Positions 46,226 to 56,387 of a DNA stretch of 64,000 bases are shown piece after piece. Origin of the DNA: Gammaproteobacteria bacterium (GTDB taxonomy: Bacteria; Pseudomonadota; Gammaproteobacteria; Pseudomonadales; JADFDG01); NCBI GenBank assembly GCA_046566505.1, contig JBKHWN010000159.1, positions 4,618 through 68,617 on the forward strand, written 5' to 3'. The number at the start of each line of letters is the position of its first letter. The first letter of the stretch is position 1. The notes below the pieces were generated by a model that was not told the origin of the DNA, did no database searches, and saw nothing but the letters and a program-made list of their open reading frames with translations. A program made the position numbers and the translations under genes.

Positions 46226-47641
46226 TCAAATAACCCGGGAAAAAGTGGGGATCTTGCCGCCCTTGCGCAGATAGATGTCGAACACCATGCAGATACTGCG
46301 GAGCAGCAGGCGCCCGCGCGGCAGGACGGTGATCTTCTGGGGGGATATTTCCACCAACCCGTCCTCCTGCATCGACTGCAGGCGCTCCAGTTCGGCAGCG
46401 AAATAGCGCTCGAACCGTATCCCGTGCGCCCCTTCGACATCGGAGAAGAGCACGCGTCCGCGGCAGGCGATATCCATGATCACGTCACGGCGAACCTTGT
46501 CGTCCGCCGACAGGGTCAAGCCACGGTCGACTGACAGCCGCCCGCTGTTGATGGCCGCCGAGTATTCGGTAACCGCCTTGGCGTTCTGCGCGAAGGAATC
46601 CCCGATCTGGGAAATGGATGACAGTCCGATGCCGACAAGGTCCGCACCGCGCTGCGTCGAGTACCCCTGGAAGTTGCGCTGCAGGTCGCCGCGGCTGAGG
46701 GCAAGGGCCAGTTCGTCATCCGGCCGGGCGAAGTGATCCATGCCGATGTAGACATAACCTGCATCGAGCAGGTGACGGATGGTCTCCTCGAGGATGCGCA
46801 ACTTTTCCTGCGGCGGCGGCAGCGCCGCCTCGTCGATCTGCCGCTGCGTCTTGAAACGTGCCGGCAGGTGGGCGTAGCTGTAGACGCTGATGCGATCGGG
46901 CAGCAGATCCACGACCTTGTCCAGGGTCGCCCTGAACGTATCAACGGTCTGGTGCGGCAGACCATAGATCAGGTCGTAACTGATGGACTTGAAACCCAGG
47001 CCGCGCGCCACGTCGGTGACGTTGCGGACCTGCTCGCTGCTCTGGATGCGGTTGACCGCACGCTGCACCGTCGGGTCGAAATCCTGCACGCCGAGGCTTA
47101 GCCGGTTGAAGCCGAGCTTGCGCAGCAGCCCGACCATGCCGGTATCAACCGTACGCGGGTCTATCTCGATGGAATATTCGCCACGGTCGTCCCCCAGCAG
47201 GCGGAAATGCCGGGCGATATGGTGCATCAGCTCGGTCAGTTCGGCAGGCGTGAAGAAGGTCGGCGTGCCGCCACCCCAGTGCAGTTGCGTCACCGGCCGC
47301 GTCTCTGCAAACAATGCCGACTGCAGGCGGATTTCCTCTTTCATCACGTCGAGGTAATCACGCGAACGCGAACGATCCCCGGTGATGATCTTGTTGCAGG
47401 CGCAGTAGTAGCAGACGGTGTTGCAGAACGGCAGGTGGAAATAGAGCGAAAGCGGGCGGCGCTGGGTGTTGCTCTGCTCGCAGGCCGCCCGGTATTCAGC
47501 CTCGCCGAACTCCTCGTGGAAATGGTTTGCCGTCGGGTAGGAGGTATAGCGGGGCCCCGCCGTGTCGTAGCGACGAATCAGGTCTTCATCCCACTGGATG
47601 GAATGACGATTGCCGGACACGACTTTCAGATCCACTGACAC
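46226..47641 (-). CDS. hemN: Oxygen-independent coproporphyrinogen III oxidase (radical SAM)
   Basis: 471 aa. CxxxCxxC in FCNTVCYYCACN. The HemN C-terminal domain is present. Confidence 0.95.
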   Translation of the reverse strand: MSVDLKVVSGNRHSIQWDEDLIRRYDTAGPRYTSYPTANHFHEEFGEAEYRAACEQSNTQRRPLSLYFHLPFCNTVCYYCACNKIITGDRSRSRDYLDVMKEEIRLQSALFAETRPVTQLHWGGGTPTFFTPAELTELMHHIARHFRLLGDDRGEYSIEIDPRTVDTGMVGLLRKLGFNRLSLGVQDFDPTVQRAVNRIQSSEQVRNVTDVARGLGFKSISYDLIYGLPHQTVDTFRATLDKVVDLLPDRISVYSYAHLPARFKTQRQIDEAALPPPQEKLRILEETIRHLLDAGYVYIGMDHFARPDDELALALSRGDLQRNFQGYSTQRGADLVGIGLSSISQIGDSFAQNAKAVTEYSAAINSGRLSVDRGLTLSADDKVRRDVIMDIACRGRVLFSDVEGAHGIRFERYFAAELERLQSMQEDGLVEISPQKITVLPRGRLLLRSICMVFDIYLRKGGKIPTFSRVI

Positions 47642-47688
47642 TGCCCCCTCCGAGTTGAGGCAGCAGTCTATCGGCGTGCAGGGAAAAC

Positions 47689-48432
47689 CTAGTTGACGTG
47701 TGTCAAGACGTTAAGGACAACGCCGAGCACGTCACCCGGTGAGCGGCAGGTGCCGGCAAGAATCTCCGGCAGGGCAATCCAGGTCGAAACCAGCGTCCAG
47801 ACGGCGTAGGCCAGCATGAGCAGTCCCGACCAGTAGCGCAGGCGGCTGGCGTGGCTGGCCAGCCAGCGGCCGGCCAGCCCCAGCCCCAGCACGGCCGGCA
47901 GCGTGCCCGCGCCGAAGGCCAGCATCGTCAGCCCGCCGGCAACGGCGGAGCCGGACGTGGTCGCGTAAAGCAGCGCACCGTACACCAGTCCGCAGGGCAT
48001 CACGCCCCAGAGCATGCCCAGAGCCCAGGCACGCGGCAGGGTGTTCGCCGGCAACAGCCTGCGCAGAACCGGTGCGATCAGCCGCCAGGCGCCACTGCCG
48101 CCGGATTCCAGCACCTTGATCCAGAGGACCAGATCCAGCAGGTACAGCGCGACCAGCAGCAGCACCAGGCCCGCCAGCGTTCGCCCGATGGCCATCGCCA
48201 GCCCGACATCGGCCGGCGCGGCAAGCGCCGCCAACCCGCCGGCAATCACCCCGAACAGCGAGTAGGTGGTGAGGCGGCCGCCGCTGTAGGCGAGGGTACT
48301 CGGCAGGGGACGGGCACCGCCGCTGGCGTGCGCGAAGGCGCCGGCAATGCCGCCGCACATGCCGGCGCAATGGCCGGCACCGGCCAGCCCGGTCAGGGCG
48401 GCGGCAAGCAGGAAGACGGGATCCATGGTCAC
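47689..48432 (-). CDS. TauE/SafE- or DsbD_2-like membrane protein associated with cbb3 maturation genes
   Basis: 247 aa, polytopic. GAGHCAGMCGGIAGA motif. 4-nt overlap with the ccoS stop. Confidence 0.65.
   Translation of the reverse strand: MTMDPVFLLAAALTGLAGAGHCAGMCGGIAGAFAHASGGARPLPSTLAYSGGRLTTYSLFGVIAGGLAALAAPADVGLAMAIGRTLAGLVLLLVALYLLDLVLWIKVLESGGSGAWRLIAPVLRRLLPANTLPRAWALGMLWGVMPCGLVYGALLYATTSGSAVAGGLTMLAFGAGTLPAVLGLGLAGRWLASHASRLRYWSGLLMLAYAVWTLVSTWIALPEILAGTCRSPGDVLGVVLNVLTHVN
47693..47706. promoter_or_regulatory. FNR/Anr box TTGAC-GTGT-GTCAA upstream of hemN
   Basis: Perfect 5-4-5 palindrome centred about 58 nt upstream of the hemN ATG (47641). It lies within the last codons of the upstream TauE-like gene. 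Confidence 0.6.
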
Positions 48433-48614
48433 GGCTTGTCGTCGGCGTCGTTCTGGTCGAGACGGGCCCGTTCCTCGCGGTCATCGATGATCACGCGGTG
48501 CGCCGGGCTGTCCAGGTCCTCAAACTGGCCCTTGCGCAGCGACCAGATGAACATCCCGACGGCGCCAACCAGCAGGAGCAGGGACATCGGGATGAGGAAG
48601 TAGACGGAGTCCAT
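48429..48614 (-). CDS. ccoS: cbb3 oxidase maturation protein CcoS/FixS
   Basis: MDSVYFLIPMSLLLLVGAVGMFIWSLRKGQFEDLD is typical of CcoS. ATG at 48614 is preferred over the GTG at 48626. Confidence 0.85.
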   Translation of the reverse strand: MDSVYFLIPMSLLLLVGAVGMFIWSLRKGQFEDLDSPAHRVIIDDREERARLDQNDADDKP

Positions 48615-48622
48615 GGGGGGGG

Positions 48623-51094
48623 TCACGCGGCCGGGTGGCGCGCATTCTCTTCGTGGTTCGTAGTCGCGTAAAGCGAATCATCGCCGGCCCGGCGTTCCAG
48701 CAGCAGGGCATTGCCGACCACCAGCAGGGAACTGGCGGACATGCCCACCGACGCCAGCCAGGGCGGCACCAGCCCGACCACGGCCAGCGGGATCATGGCG
48801 ATGTTGTAGCCCAGCGCCCAGGCGAGGTTCTGGTGGACTGTGCGCCGGCTGGCGACTGCCGTCGTGAACGCCTGCGGAACCAGGCGCAGGTCGGAACGCA
48901 GCAACACGGCATCGGCCGCCGTGCGCGCAAGATCGGTGCCCTCACCGATGGCAAACGATACGTCCGCCGCAGCGAGCACCGGTGCGTCGTTCACGCCGTC
49001 ACCCACCATCAGGACCGGCCCGATACGCTCACGCAGGGAGGTGACGTAGGCGACCTTGTCTTCGGCCGTCGCACCGGCGCGCACCGAATGGATGCCCAAT
49101 GCGGTGCCCAGGCGCATCGCCTCGTCCGAGGCATCCCCCGACAGCAGGTGCACGTCCAGGCCTCGTTGTTGCAGTGCCTCGATCACGGTACGCGCCTCGG
49201 GGCGCACGGCATCGGCTATCCGGAAACCGGCAAGCAGGGCCGTCTGCGAGGCGAGCCAGACCCAGGTGCCGTCGTCTGTCGCCGGCGGTTGTTGTGCGAC
49301 GACTGCCGTGAAGTCCGGTGCCGTGACAAAGGCGAAGGAGCCGATCCGCAACCGTTCACCATCGACGGTTCCCTCGATGCCGCGACCCGGCATGGCTCGC
49401 ACGTCGTCGGCACGCGGCAACGTGTCGCCGAGGGCGAAGGCGCGCGCCAGGGGATGCTCGGAATCCCGTTCCAGCATGGCGGCGAGCCGCCTGGCCGCCC
49501 CTTCATCGGCCAGTGCGCACAACTCGGTCCGGGCGATCGCCGGCCTGCCCTGCGTCAGCGTGCCGGTCTTGTCGAACACCACGGCCTTCACTTCGGGCAA
49601 CGCGGACAACACATGCGCACGTGCCACCAGCAACCCGCGCGCAGTCAGCATGTTGGTGGCGACCGTGTAGGCAACGGGCGTTGCCAGCGACAGCGCGCAG
49701 GGACAACTCACCACCAGCACGGCCAGCGCAATCCAGAACGCGTTTGCCGGGTCGAGGAAATGCCAGACGAGCCAGGTTGCCGCCGTCAGCAGCAACAGGC
49801 CGACCACGAAGTGTGTGGCGATGCGGTCGGCCAGTTCCTGCAGGCGCGGCTTGCCGACCTGTGCGCGGGTGACAAGGTCGACGATACGCGACAGGCGTCC
49901 CTGTGCCGGCGATGCCGTGACCTCGATTTCCAGGATGCCGTCGACGTTCACGCAACCGCCGGTGACCGGATCGCCGTTACCGCGTCGTTCCGGCAGCGAT
50001 TCTCCGGTCAGCATCGCCTCATTGATGTGGCCTTCGCCGATCCGGATCACGCCGTCCGCCGGGATGGTTTCACCCGGGCGTACCCGCACACGGTCCCCAG
50101 GCTGCAGGCGTGAAGCGGGAACTACTTCATCGTTGCCGTCCAGGACGCGGGTGGCGGTGAGCGGCAATGCGGCAGACAGGTTGTCGATCACCCGCGTTGC
50201 CTTGCGGCGCGCCTCCAGTTCAAGGTGCCGGCCAACCGACAGGAAGAAAACGAACATCACCACCGAGTCAAACCAGACTTCGGGGCCGCTCACCATCACC
50301 GCCCACAGGCTCGCGAAGTAGGCGAGCACCAGTGCGACCGAGACCGGCACGTCCATGCCCGGCACGCCGCCGCGCAGGCTGAACCACGCATTGCGCAGGA
50401 ACGGCCAGCCCGAATAGAAAAGTACCGGCGTGGTGACGATGAAACTGATGACGCGCAGATAGTCGCGCTGCACGAGGCTCATGCTGCCGGCAGACTCACC
50501 GTAAAAGCCGACGGCAACGTGCATCACCTGCATCATGCCGAAGGCGGCGACCACCAGGCGCAGCAGTGAACTCCTGCGCTCGGCGTCCAGCCGGGAACCA
50601 TCGGTGGTCCCGCGGAACGGCAGCACGCGGTAACCCAGCTTGCGGATACGCAGCAGGAAATCGCGGACTTCCCGGGTTCCCGCCTGCCAGCGGATGCGTA
50701 CGCGCCCGGTGGTGATGTTCACGCTGGCCTGCGACACGCCGGGCATCGCGTTCAGCGATTTCTCGATCAGCCAGCCGCAGGCGGCGCAACGCAGGTCATC
50801 GACCACGAGCGTGCATTCGCGCTGGTTTTCGTCGTCTGCGACCACGAAGCCGCTGTCGGCCAGCGCGGCATCACCGAAATGCCGGAACAGGTCGTCGGGC
50901 ACCGGTGTTTCATCACCGTGCGGCGCGTACTGGTCGCGATGCTGGTAGTAGTTTTCGAGTCCCAGCTCGACGATGGTGTTGCAGGCCGCCTGGCAGCCGG
51001 GGCAGCAGGTGCGCTCCGCACGACCGGCAACCTGCACCGGCCAGTCACGCCTGCCGAGGGTCTCGCCGCAGTGGAAGCAGCGTCCTGCCGTCAT
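48623..51094 (-). CDS. ccoI: Copper-translocating P1B-type ATPase CcoI/FixI
   Basis: HMA site CAACGWLIEKSL. CPC motif in VSCPCAL. Phosphorylation site DKTGTLT. GDGVNDAP. Confidence 0.9.
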   Translation of the reverse strand: MTAGRCFHCGETLGRRDWPVQVAGRAERTCCPGCQAACNTIVELGLENYYQHRDQYAPHGDETPVPDDLFRHFGDAALADSGFVVADDENQRECTLVVDDLRCAACGWLIEKSLNAMPGVSQASVNITTGRVRIRWQAGTREVRDFLLRIRKLGYRVLPFRGTTDGSRLDAERRSSLLRLVVAAFGMMQVMHVAVGFYGESAGSMSLVQRDYLRVISFIVTTPVLFYSGWPFLRNAWFSLRGGVPGMDVPVSVALVLAYFASLWAVMVSGPEVWFDSVVMFVFFLSVGRHLELEARRKATRVIDNLSAALPLTATRVLDGNDEVVPASRLQPGDRVRVRPGETIPADGVIRIGEGHINEAMLTGESLPERRGNGDPVTGGCVNVDGILEIEVTASPAQGRLSRIVDLVTRAQVGKPRLQELADRIATHFVVGLLLLTAATWLVWHFLDPANAFWIALAVLVVSCPCALSLATPVAYTVATNMLTARGLLVARAHVLSALPEVKAVVFDKTGTLTQGRPAIARTELCALADEGAARRLAAMLERDSEHPLARAFALGDTLPRADDVRAMPGRGIEGTVDGERLRIGSFAFVTAPDFTAVVAQQPPATDDGTWVWLASQTALLAGFRIADAVRPEARTVIEALQQRGLDVHLLSGDASDEAMRLGTALGIHSVRAGATAEDKVAYVTSLRERIGPVLMVGDGVNDAPVLAAADVSFAIGEGTDLARTAADAVLLRSDLRLVPQAFTTAVASRRTVHQNLAWALGYNIAMIPLAVVGLVPPWLASVGMSASSLLVVGNALLLERRAGDDSLYATTNHEENARHPAA

Positions 51095-51096
51095 TG

Positions 51097-51621
51097 TCAG
51101 CCGCTGGGCAGAAGATCTACGGGTGCGCCCTGGAAAATGACGTCACCGGCACGCAGGCGCCAACGCGCCTCCTTCGGCATCGTGTCACCCGGTTCCAGCA
51201 TGAGGTGGCGCTTGCCCATGGGCAGTCTTGGCAGCGCCGCATACCACTCCCGCTCGCCGACGCGTTCCAGGATGACCGTCATGTCTTCCGCGGCGATCGT
51301 GCTGTGCACGAGTGACAGGCTGAGCCGGGCGGGCAGGGAAGTGCTGCCCGGCATCTCGATGCGTATCGCCGGCGTTGCCGGTTCGAGGATCAACCTGGCC
51401 GTCAGGCCCAGTTCGCGGGCGTGATGTTCAGCATGAAGATCCTGGTTGATGCCGCGGCCGGCCTTGTACCAGTCGTCACGGACCAGGTCGTCCTGGTTTT
51501 TGACGGCAATGGTCACCAGCGTCAGGCTGGCGATCACCGAGGCCAGGGGCAGGGCGATGATGAACCACACCCAGGGTTGTCGGTACCAGGGCACCGTGTC
51601 GCGTTCGTGATCCTGAATCAT
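51097..51621 (-). CDS. ccoH: FixH/CcoH family protein
   Basis: PWYRQPWVWFIIALPLASVI TM segment. 174 aa. Located between ccoG and ccoI. Confidence 0.8.
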   Translation of the reverse strand: MIQDHERDTVPWYRQPWVWFIIALPLASVIASLTLVTIAVKNQDDLVRDDWYKAGRGINQDLHAEHHARELGLTARLILEPATPAIRIEMPGSTSLPARLSLSLVHSTIAAEDMTVILERVGEREWYAALPRLPMGKRHLMLEPGDTMPKEARWRLRAGDVIFQGAPVDLLPSG

Positions 51622-51625
51622 GATG

Positions 51626-53050
51626 TCAGCGCACCGGCGTGATGAATCGGCTTTCGATCCTTACAGTGACATCCGCATCGTCGGCGGCGGTCACCACGAA
51701 ATGGATATTGCTGTTCCTCACCTGGCCTGCGGACGGATCCAGCAGCAGGCTGACCGGAACCGCCTCGGCCCCCGCGGCCTCGACCTTGACCTGGGCGGGA
51801 CCCTGGTAGCGGATTCCTTCGGGTACATCGACGGACAGGGCAAACGTGCGTGCCTCCGGCGACTTGTTGTAGAGCTTGAGCGTGTAGACGTTCTCGATGA
51901 GTCCGTCATCCGTCTCGTTGTACAGCGAGTTGCGGTCACGCAACACGTCGACATCGAGCGGCACGCGCAGAAACAGTCCGGTGAGGAACATGGTGAGCAG
52001 GGCGCCGACCACGATGCCGTAGCCAATCAGGCGCGGGCGCATGATCTTCGTCGACCTGCCTGCCAGTGCATGCTCTGTGGTGTAGCGCACCAGCCCGCGC
52101 GGCTTGCCGATGCTGTCCATCACTTCGTCGCAGGCATCAATGCAGGCGGCGCAGGTGATGCACTCGTACTGCAGGCCATCACGGATGTCGATGCCGGTCG
52201 GGCACACCTGCACGCAGAGCTCGCAGTCCACGCAGTCCCCGAGTTCCTTGTGCTCGTCGGAAGTATCACGCCGCTTCTTGCCACGGCCGCGCGGCTCGCC
52301 ACGCGATTCGTCGTAGCTGACGATCAGCGTGTCCTCGTCGAACATCGCGCTCTGGAAACGCGCATAGGGACACATGTAGAGGCAGACCTGCTCCCGCAGC
52401 CAGCCGGCATTGGTGTACGTCGCCGCCGTGAAGAAGAACAGCCACCAGGCTTCCCACACGCCGATGTCCAGGGTGAACAGGCGGACACTGAGGTCCCGGA
52501 TCGGCGAGAAGTAGCCGACGAAGGTCAACGCCGTCAGCAGGGCGAGGGCAAACCACAACAGGTGCTTGCTGCCGCGCCGCACCACCTTCTCCAGGCTCCA
52601 GGGTGCTTTGTCCAGCTTCAGCCGGGCATTGCGGTCTCCCTCCGTCAACCGCTCGATCCGCACGAAAAAACGCGTCCAGACCGTTTGCGGGCAGACGTAG
52701 CCGCAGAAAACGCGCCCGAGCAGGTTGGTGAAGAACAGCAGGCCGAATGCCGCAATCATCAGCAGCAGGGCCAGGAAGAAGAAGTCTTCCGGAAGAAAGG
52801 TCAGGCCGAAAAAATCGAAACGACGATTGGGCAGGTCGAACCTGACCACGGGATCGCCTTTCCATGTCAGCCAGGGCGTGACCAGATAGACACCCATGGT
52901 GGCGATGACAGTGAAGTCACGCAGTTTCTGGAATCGCCCTTCGATCCAGCGCGGCTGGATCTTTTCACGGCTCTTGTAGAAGGAGGCGGGCTTTTCGCCG
53001 CCGGCACCGGGCGTGACGTTCCTGACGGGAATCTGTTTCGACATGGTCAC
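51626..53050 (-). CDS. ccoG: cbb3 oxidase accessory 4Fe-4S protein CcoG/FixG
   Basis: Two ferredoxin clusters: CVDCELCVQVCP and CITCAACIDAC. Five TM segments. 474 aa. Confidence 0.9.
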   Translation of the reverse strand: MTMSKQIPVRNVTPGAGGEKPASFYKSREKIQPRWIEGRFQKLRDFTVIATMGVYLVTPWLTWKGDPVVRFDLPNRRFDFFGLTFLPEDFFFLALLLMIAAFGLLFFTNLLGRVFCGYVCPQTVWTRFFVRIERLTEGDRNARLKLDKAPWSLEKVVRRGSKHLLWFALALLTALTFVGYFSPIRDLSVRLFTLDIGVWEAWWLFFFTAATYTNAGWLREQVCLYMCPYARFQSAMFDEDTLIVSYDESRGEPRGRGKKRRDTSDEHKELGDCVDCELCVQVCPTGIDIRDGLQYECITCAACIDACDEVMDSIGKPRGLVRYTTEHALAGRSTKIMRPRLIGYGIVVGALLTMFLTGLFLRVPLDVDVLRDRNSLYNETDDGLIENVYTLKLYNKSPEARTFALSVDVPEGIRYQGPAQVKVEAAGAEAVPVSLLLDPSAGQVRNSNIHFVVTAADDADVTVRIESRFITPVR

Positions 53051-53093
53051 CTCGCTGGAGTCAAAACCGGCATGCCGGACTCAAGGCGACAAA

Positions 53094-53124
53094 GTGCCCG
53101 TGCAGTCAGGGACCACACGGGCAC
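53094..53124 (-). terminator. Hairpin downstream of ccoP (possible weak terminator)
   Basis: GTGCCCGTG (53094-53102) pairs with CACGGGCAC (53116-53124). On the minus strand only a short TTTG follows. Confidence 0.35.
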
Positions 53125-53173
53125 TCCGGGACAGCCGCTTGGGGCTGCGCTCTGCGGAGGCGATGCTACGCGA

Positions 53174-54073
53174 TTACTGCTTGTGCGACAGTCCGTAAAC
53201 GTACGCAGTCAGTACATGGATCTGCTCGGGCGAAAGCCGTCCTTCCTGTGCGGGCATCACGCCAAAACGGCCATGCGTGATGGTCTCGCGGATCTTCGCA
53301 ATGTTGCCGCCGTAGAGCCAGACGTTGTCCGTCAGGTTCGGCGCACCGAACAGGTGGTTGCCTTTGGCGTCGGCACCGTGACACATCGCGCAATTGGTCT
53401 GGAATTTCGGTCCGCCTGCGGCGACCAGTTCCGGGCGCTCGCCGGCAATCTCCGGACGCGACAGGCTGGCGACGTAGTGCGCAACCTCGTTCACACCTTC
53501 ATCGCCCAGCGTGCCGAGCCATGCCGGCATCGCGGCAACGCGACCGTTGGCGATGCTTGCCTTGATCGCTTCCGGCGTGCTGCCGTACAGCCAGTCACCG
53601 TCGGTGAGGTTCGGGAAGCCCACCGAGCCGGTGGCGTTCGAGCCGTGGCAGACCGCGCAGTTGGTCAGGAACAGGCGCTGGCCGACCTTGACCGCTTCCG
53701 GATCGTGGGCGAGTTCCTCGACCGAACGCGCGGCAAAGGCATCGAACAGCGGCTTGATGCGTGCCTCGGTGGCCTGCACTTCAGCTTCCCACTGGTTTTG
53801 CGAAGTCCAGCCCAGCAGGCCCTGCCACTTGCCGAAACCCGGGTACAGGACCAGGTAGACCACCGCGAAAACGATGGTTGCCCAGAACAGGCCGAGCCAC
53901 CAGCGTGGCATCGGGTTGTTGTACTCCTCGATCCCGTCGAAGGAGTGCCCCATGCTCTCGCCGGTCGGCGGTTCGCCCTTGATGGGCTTCGCCGTCCACC
54001 AGATCAGCCAGGCGCAACCGCCGAGGTTGATCGTGACGATCGCAATGATCCAGAAACTCCAGAAATCGCTCAT
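53174..54073 (-). CDS. ccoP: cbb3-type cytochrome c oxidase subunit III (dihaem c)
   Basis: Two CxxCH sites: CAVCHG and CAMCHG. N-terminal TM helix. Confidence 0.9.
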   Translation of the reverse strand: MSDFWSFWIIAIVTINLGGCAWLIWWTAKPIKGEPPTGESMGHSFDGIEEYNNPMPRWWLGLFWATIVFAVVYLVLYPGFGKWQGLLGWTSQNQWEAEVQATEARIKPLFDAFAARSVEELAHDPEAVKVGQRLFLTNCAVCHGSNATGSVGFPNLTDGDWLYGSTPEAIKASIANGRVAAMPAWLGTLGDEGVNEVAHYVASLSRPEIAGERPELVAAGGPKFQTNCAMCHGADAKGNHLFGAPNLTDNVWLYGGNIAKIRETITHGRFGVMPAQEGRLSPEQIHVLTAYVYGLSHKQ

Positions 54074-54088
54074 GAACGGCGCTCTCCC

Positions 54089-54274
54089 TTAATCCTGTCG
54101 ACGATTTTCCTGTTGCTTCTTCCCGCCGTCCTTTTCGTCATGGAACGGCAGTGAAGCGGCGTCGTCATAGGTCTTCTTGCGACGCGGCAGGTATACCCAA
54201 ATGGCCATGCCGATGAACGTGAACATGAACAACAGCGTGTAGATGCCGTGCAGCGTTCCCTTGTCCATCGTCAT
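54089..54274 (-). CDS. ccoQ: cbb3-type oxidase subunit CcoQ/FixQ
   Basis: 61 aa, single TM helix (IYTLLFMFTFIGMAIWVY). Located between ccoO and ccoP. Confidence 0.75.
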   Translation of the reverse strand: MTMDKGTLHGIYTLLFMFTFIGMAIWVYLPRRKKTYDDAASLPFHDEKDGGKKQQENRRQD

Positions 54275-54294
54275 GGCTCCTGTTTTTGCGGTGG

Positions 54295-54930
54295 TCAGTT
54301 GGCGGAGGCGGTTGCCGCGCCACCGCGGCCGAGTACCGTGCCCAACTGTTGCAGGTAGGCCACGACGGCGTCCTGCTCGGTCTTGCCGGCCACCAGCGCC
54401 TTGGCGCCTTCGATGTCCGCGTCCGTGTAGGGCACGCCGACCTTGCGCAGGGCGGCCATCTTGCGACCGGTCAACTCACCGTCCAGCGCCGTCGTGGCCA
54501 GCCACGGGAAGCCGGGCATGTTTGACTCGGGCACCACGTCGCGCGGGTTGTTCAGGTGCACGCGGTGCCAGTCATCGGAGTAACGGCCACCGACGCGGGC
54601 CAGATCCGGACCGGTACGCTTGGAACCCCACAGGAACGGGTGCTCGTAGACGTGTTCGCCGGCAACCGAGTAGTGGCCATAGCGCTCGGTTTCCGCGCGG
54701 AACGGACGGATCATCTGCGTGTGGCAAACATTGCAGCCTTCGCGGATGTAGATGTCGCGTCCTTCCAGCTCGAGCGCACCGACCGGCTTGAGGCCTTCGA
54801 CCGGCGTGGTCGTTTCCTTCTGGAACATCAGCGGGACGATTTCAGCCAGGCCACCGAAACTGCACGCGACCAGCGTGAGCACGATGAGCAGACCCACATT
54901 CTTTTCAACGACGGAATGTTGCTGTGCCAT
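54295..54930 (-). CDS. ccoO: cbb3-type cytochrome c oxidase subunit II (monohaem c)
   Basis: [11 protein letters not shown] haem site. 211 aa. Conserved FixO sequence throughout. Confidence 0.95.
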   Translation of the reverse strand: MAQQHSVVEKNVGLLIVLTLVACSFGGLAEIVPLMFQKETTTPVEGLKPVGALELEGRDIYIREGCNVCHTQMIRPFRAETERYGHYSVAGEHVYEHPFLWGSKRTGPDLARVGGRYSDDWHRVHLNNPRDVVPESNMPGFPWLATTALDGELTGRKMAALRKVGVPYTDADIEGAKALVAGKTEQDAVVAYLQQLGTVLGRGGAATASAN

Positions 54931-54953
54931 TTTTCAGTACTCCTCGTGCAGTC

Positions 54954-56387
54954 TCAGGCGTACTGGGCCTGTGCAGCGTTGGATTTTTCGCCGGACATCT
55001 GGATGGTCTTCCAGGTGTTCCATGCCATCAGCAGCATGCCGGTGAGGTAGATGATGCCGCCGACCATGCGCATCACGTAGTACGGCCAGTTGGCAGCGAG
55101 CGCCTCGACGAACGAGTAGGTCAGGGTGCCGTCCGGGTTGACCGCACGCCACATCAGGCCCTGCTGGATACCGGCCACCCACATGGCGGCGATATAAAGG
55201 ATGGTGCCGATGGTCGCGAGCCAGAAGTGCGCGTTGATCAGGCGGATGCTGTACATCTGCGTCAGGCCGAAGACCCGCGGCAGCAGCACATAGAGTGCGC
55301 CGAAGGAAATCATCGCCACCCAGCCCAGCGCACCGGAATGCACGTGGCCAACCGTCCAGTCGGTGTTGTGCGACAGCGCGTTCACCGTCTTGATCGACAT
55401 CATCGGGCCTTCGAAGGTCGACATGCCGTAGAAGGAAAGGGCAACGATCATGAAGCGCAGGATCGGATCGGTGCGCAGCTTATGCCAGGCACCCGACAGG
55501 GTCATGATGCCGTTGATCATGCCGCCCCAGCTCGGTGCCAGCAGTACCAGCGAGAACACCATGCCCACGCTCTGCGTCCAGTCCGGCAGCGCCGAGTAGT
55601 GCAGGTGGTGCGAACCGGCCCACATGTAGACGGAGATCAGCGCCCAGAAGTGCACGATCGACAGGCGGTAGGAGTAAACCGGGCGGCCGGCCTGGATCGG
55701 CACGAAGTAGTACATCATCCCGAGGAAGCCGGCGGTCAGGAAGAAACCCACGGCGTTGTGGCCGTACCACCACTGGACCATGGCATCGACGGCACCGGCG
55801 TACACGGAGTACGACTTGGTGAGCGTTACCGGGATGGCCAGGCTGTTGACGATGTGCAGCAGCGCGACCGCGATGATGAAGGCACCGTAGAACCAGTTGG
55901 CAACGTAGATGTGCTCGGTCTTGCGCTTGGCGATGGTCGCGAAGAAGACGATGGCGTAGGACACCCAGACGACCGCGATCAGCAGGTCGATCGGCCACTC
56001 CAGTTCCGCGTACTCCTTGGACGAGGTCATGCCCAGCGGCAGCGTGATCGCCGCCAGCACGATGACCAGTTGCCAGCCCCAGAAGGTGAATGACGCCAGC
56101 CATGGCAGCGCCAGCCGGGTGTGGCAGGTCCGCTGGACGACGTAGTAAGAGGTGGCAAACAGCGCGCAACCACCGAACGCGAAGATGACCGCGTTGGTGT
56201 GCAGCGGACGCAGGCGCCCGAAATGGGTCCAGGGCAGATCGAAGTTCAGGGCCGGGAAGGCCAACTGGGCCGCGATCCATACACCGACAAACATGCCGAC
56301 GACACCCCAGACGACCGCCATGACGGCAAAGCGCCGTACAGCTGTGTAGTCGTACTCGGATTCTGCAACGGGGGCTGCGTGACTCAT
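54954..56387 (-). CDS. ccoN: cbb3-type cytochrome c oxidase subunit I
   Basis: 477 aa, 12+ TM helices. Haem-copper oxidase His ligands (...WYGHNAVGF..., ...HHLHYSALP..., ...[10 protein letters not shown]...). Confidence 0.95.
   Translation of the reverse strand: MSHAAPVAESEYDYTAVRRFAVMAVVWGVVGMFVGVWIAAQLAFPALNFDLPWTHFGRLRPLHTNAVIFAFGGCALFATSYYVVQRTCHTRLALPWLASFTFWGWQLVIVLAAITLPLGMTSSKEYAELEWPIDLLIAVVWVSYAIVFFATIAKRKTEHIYVANWFYGAFIIAVALLHIVNSLAIPVTLTKSYSVYAGAVDAMVQWWYGHNAVGFFLTAGFLGMMYYFVPIQAGRPVYSYRLSIVHFWALISVYMWAGSHHLHYSALPDWTQSVGMVFSLVLLAPSWGGMINGIMTLSGAWHKLRTDPILRFMIVALSFYGMSTFEGPMMSIKTVNALSHNTDWTVGHVHSGALGWVAMISFGALYVLLPRVFGLTQMYSIRLINAHFWLATIGTILYIAAMWVAGIQQGLMWRAVNPDGTLTYSFVEALAANWPYYVMRMVGGIIYLTGMLLMAWNTWKTIQMSGEKSNAAQAQYA

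Noticed and set aside
46147-46440. 98-aa N-terminal extension of the fnr ORF overlapping the hemN 3' end
   Set aside because: The ATG at 46146 has a strong Shine-Dalgarno and yields a canonical 254-aa FNR with the N-terminal Cys cluster. The extension is Arg/Ser/Pro-rich.
48635-50113. 492-aa plus-strand ORF opposite ccoI
   Set aside because: It is antisense to a P-type ATPase that has all signature motifs. The product is Arg/Gly/His/Gln-rich with no domain features.
51620-54154. 844-aa plus-strand ORF across ccoH, ccoG and ccoP
   Set aside because: It lies opposite three unmistakable cbb3 genes. Its composition is Arg/Gly/Asp/His-rich and repetitive. It spans intergenic gaps of the real genes, so it is a GC-frame artefact.
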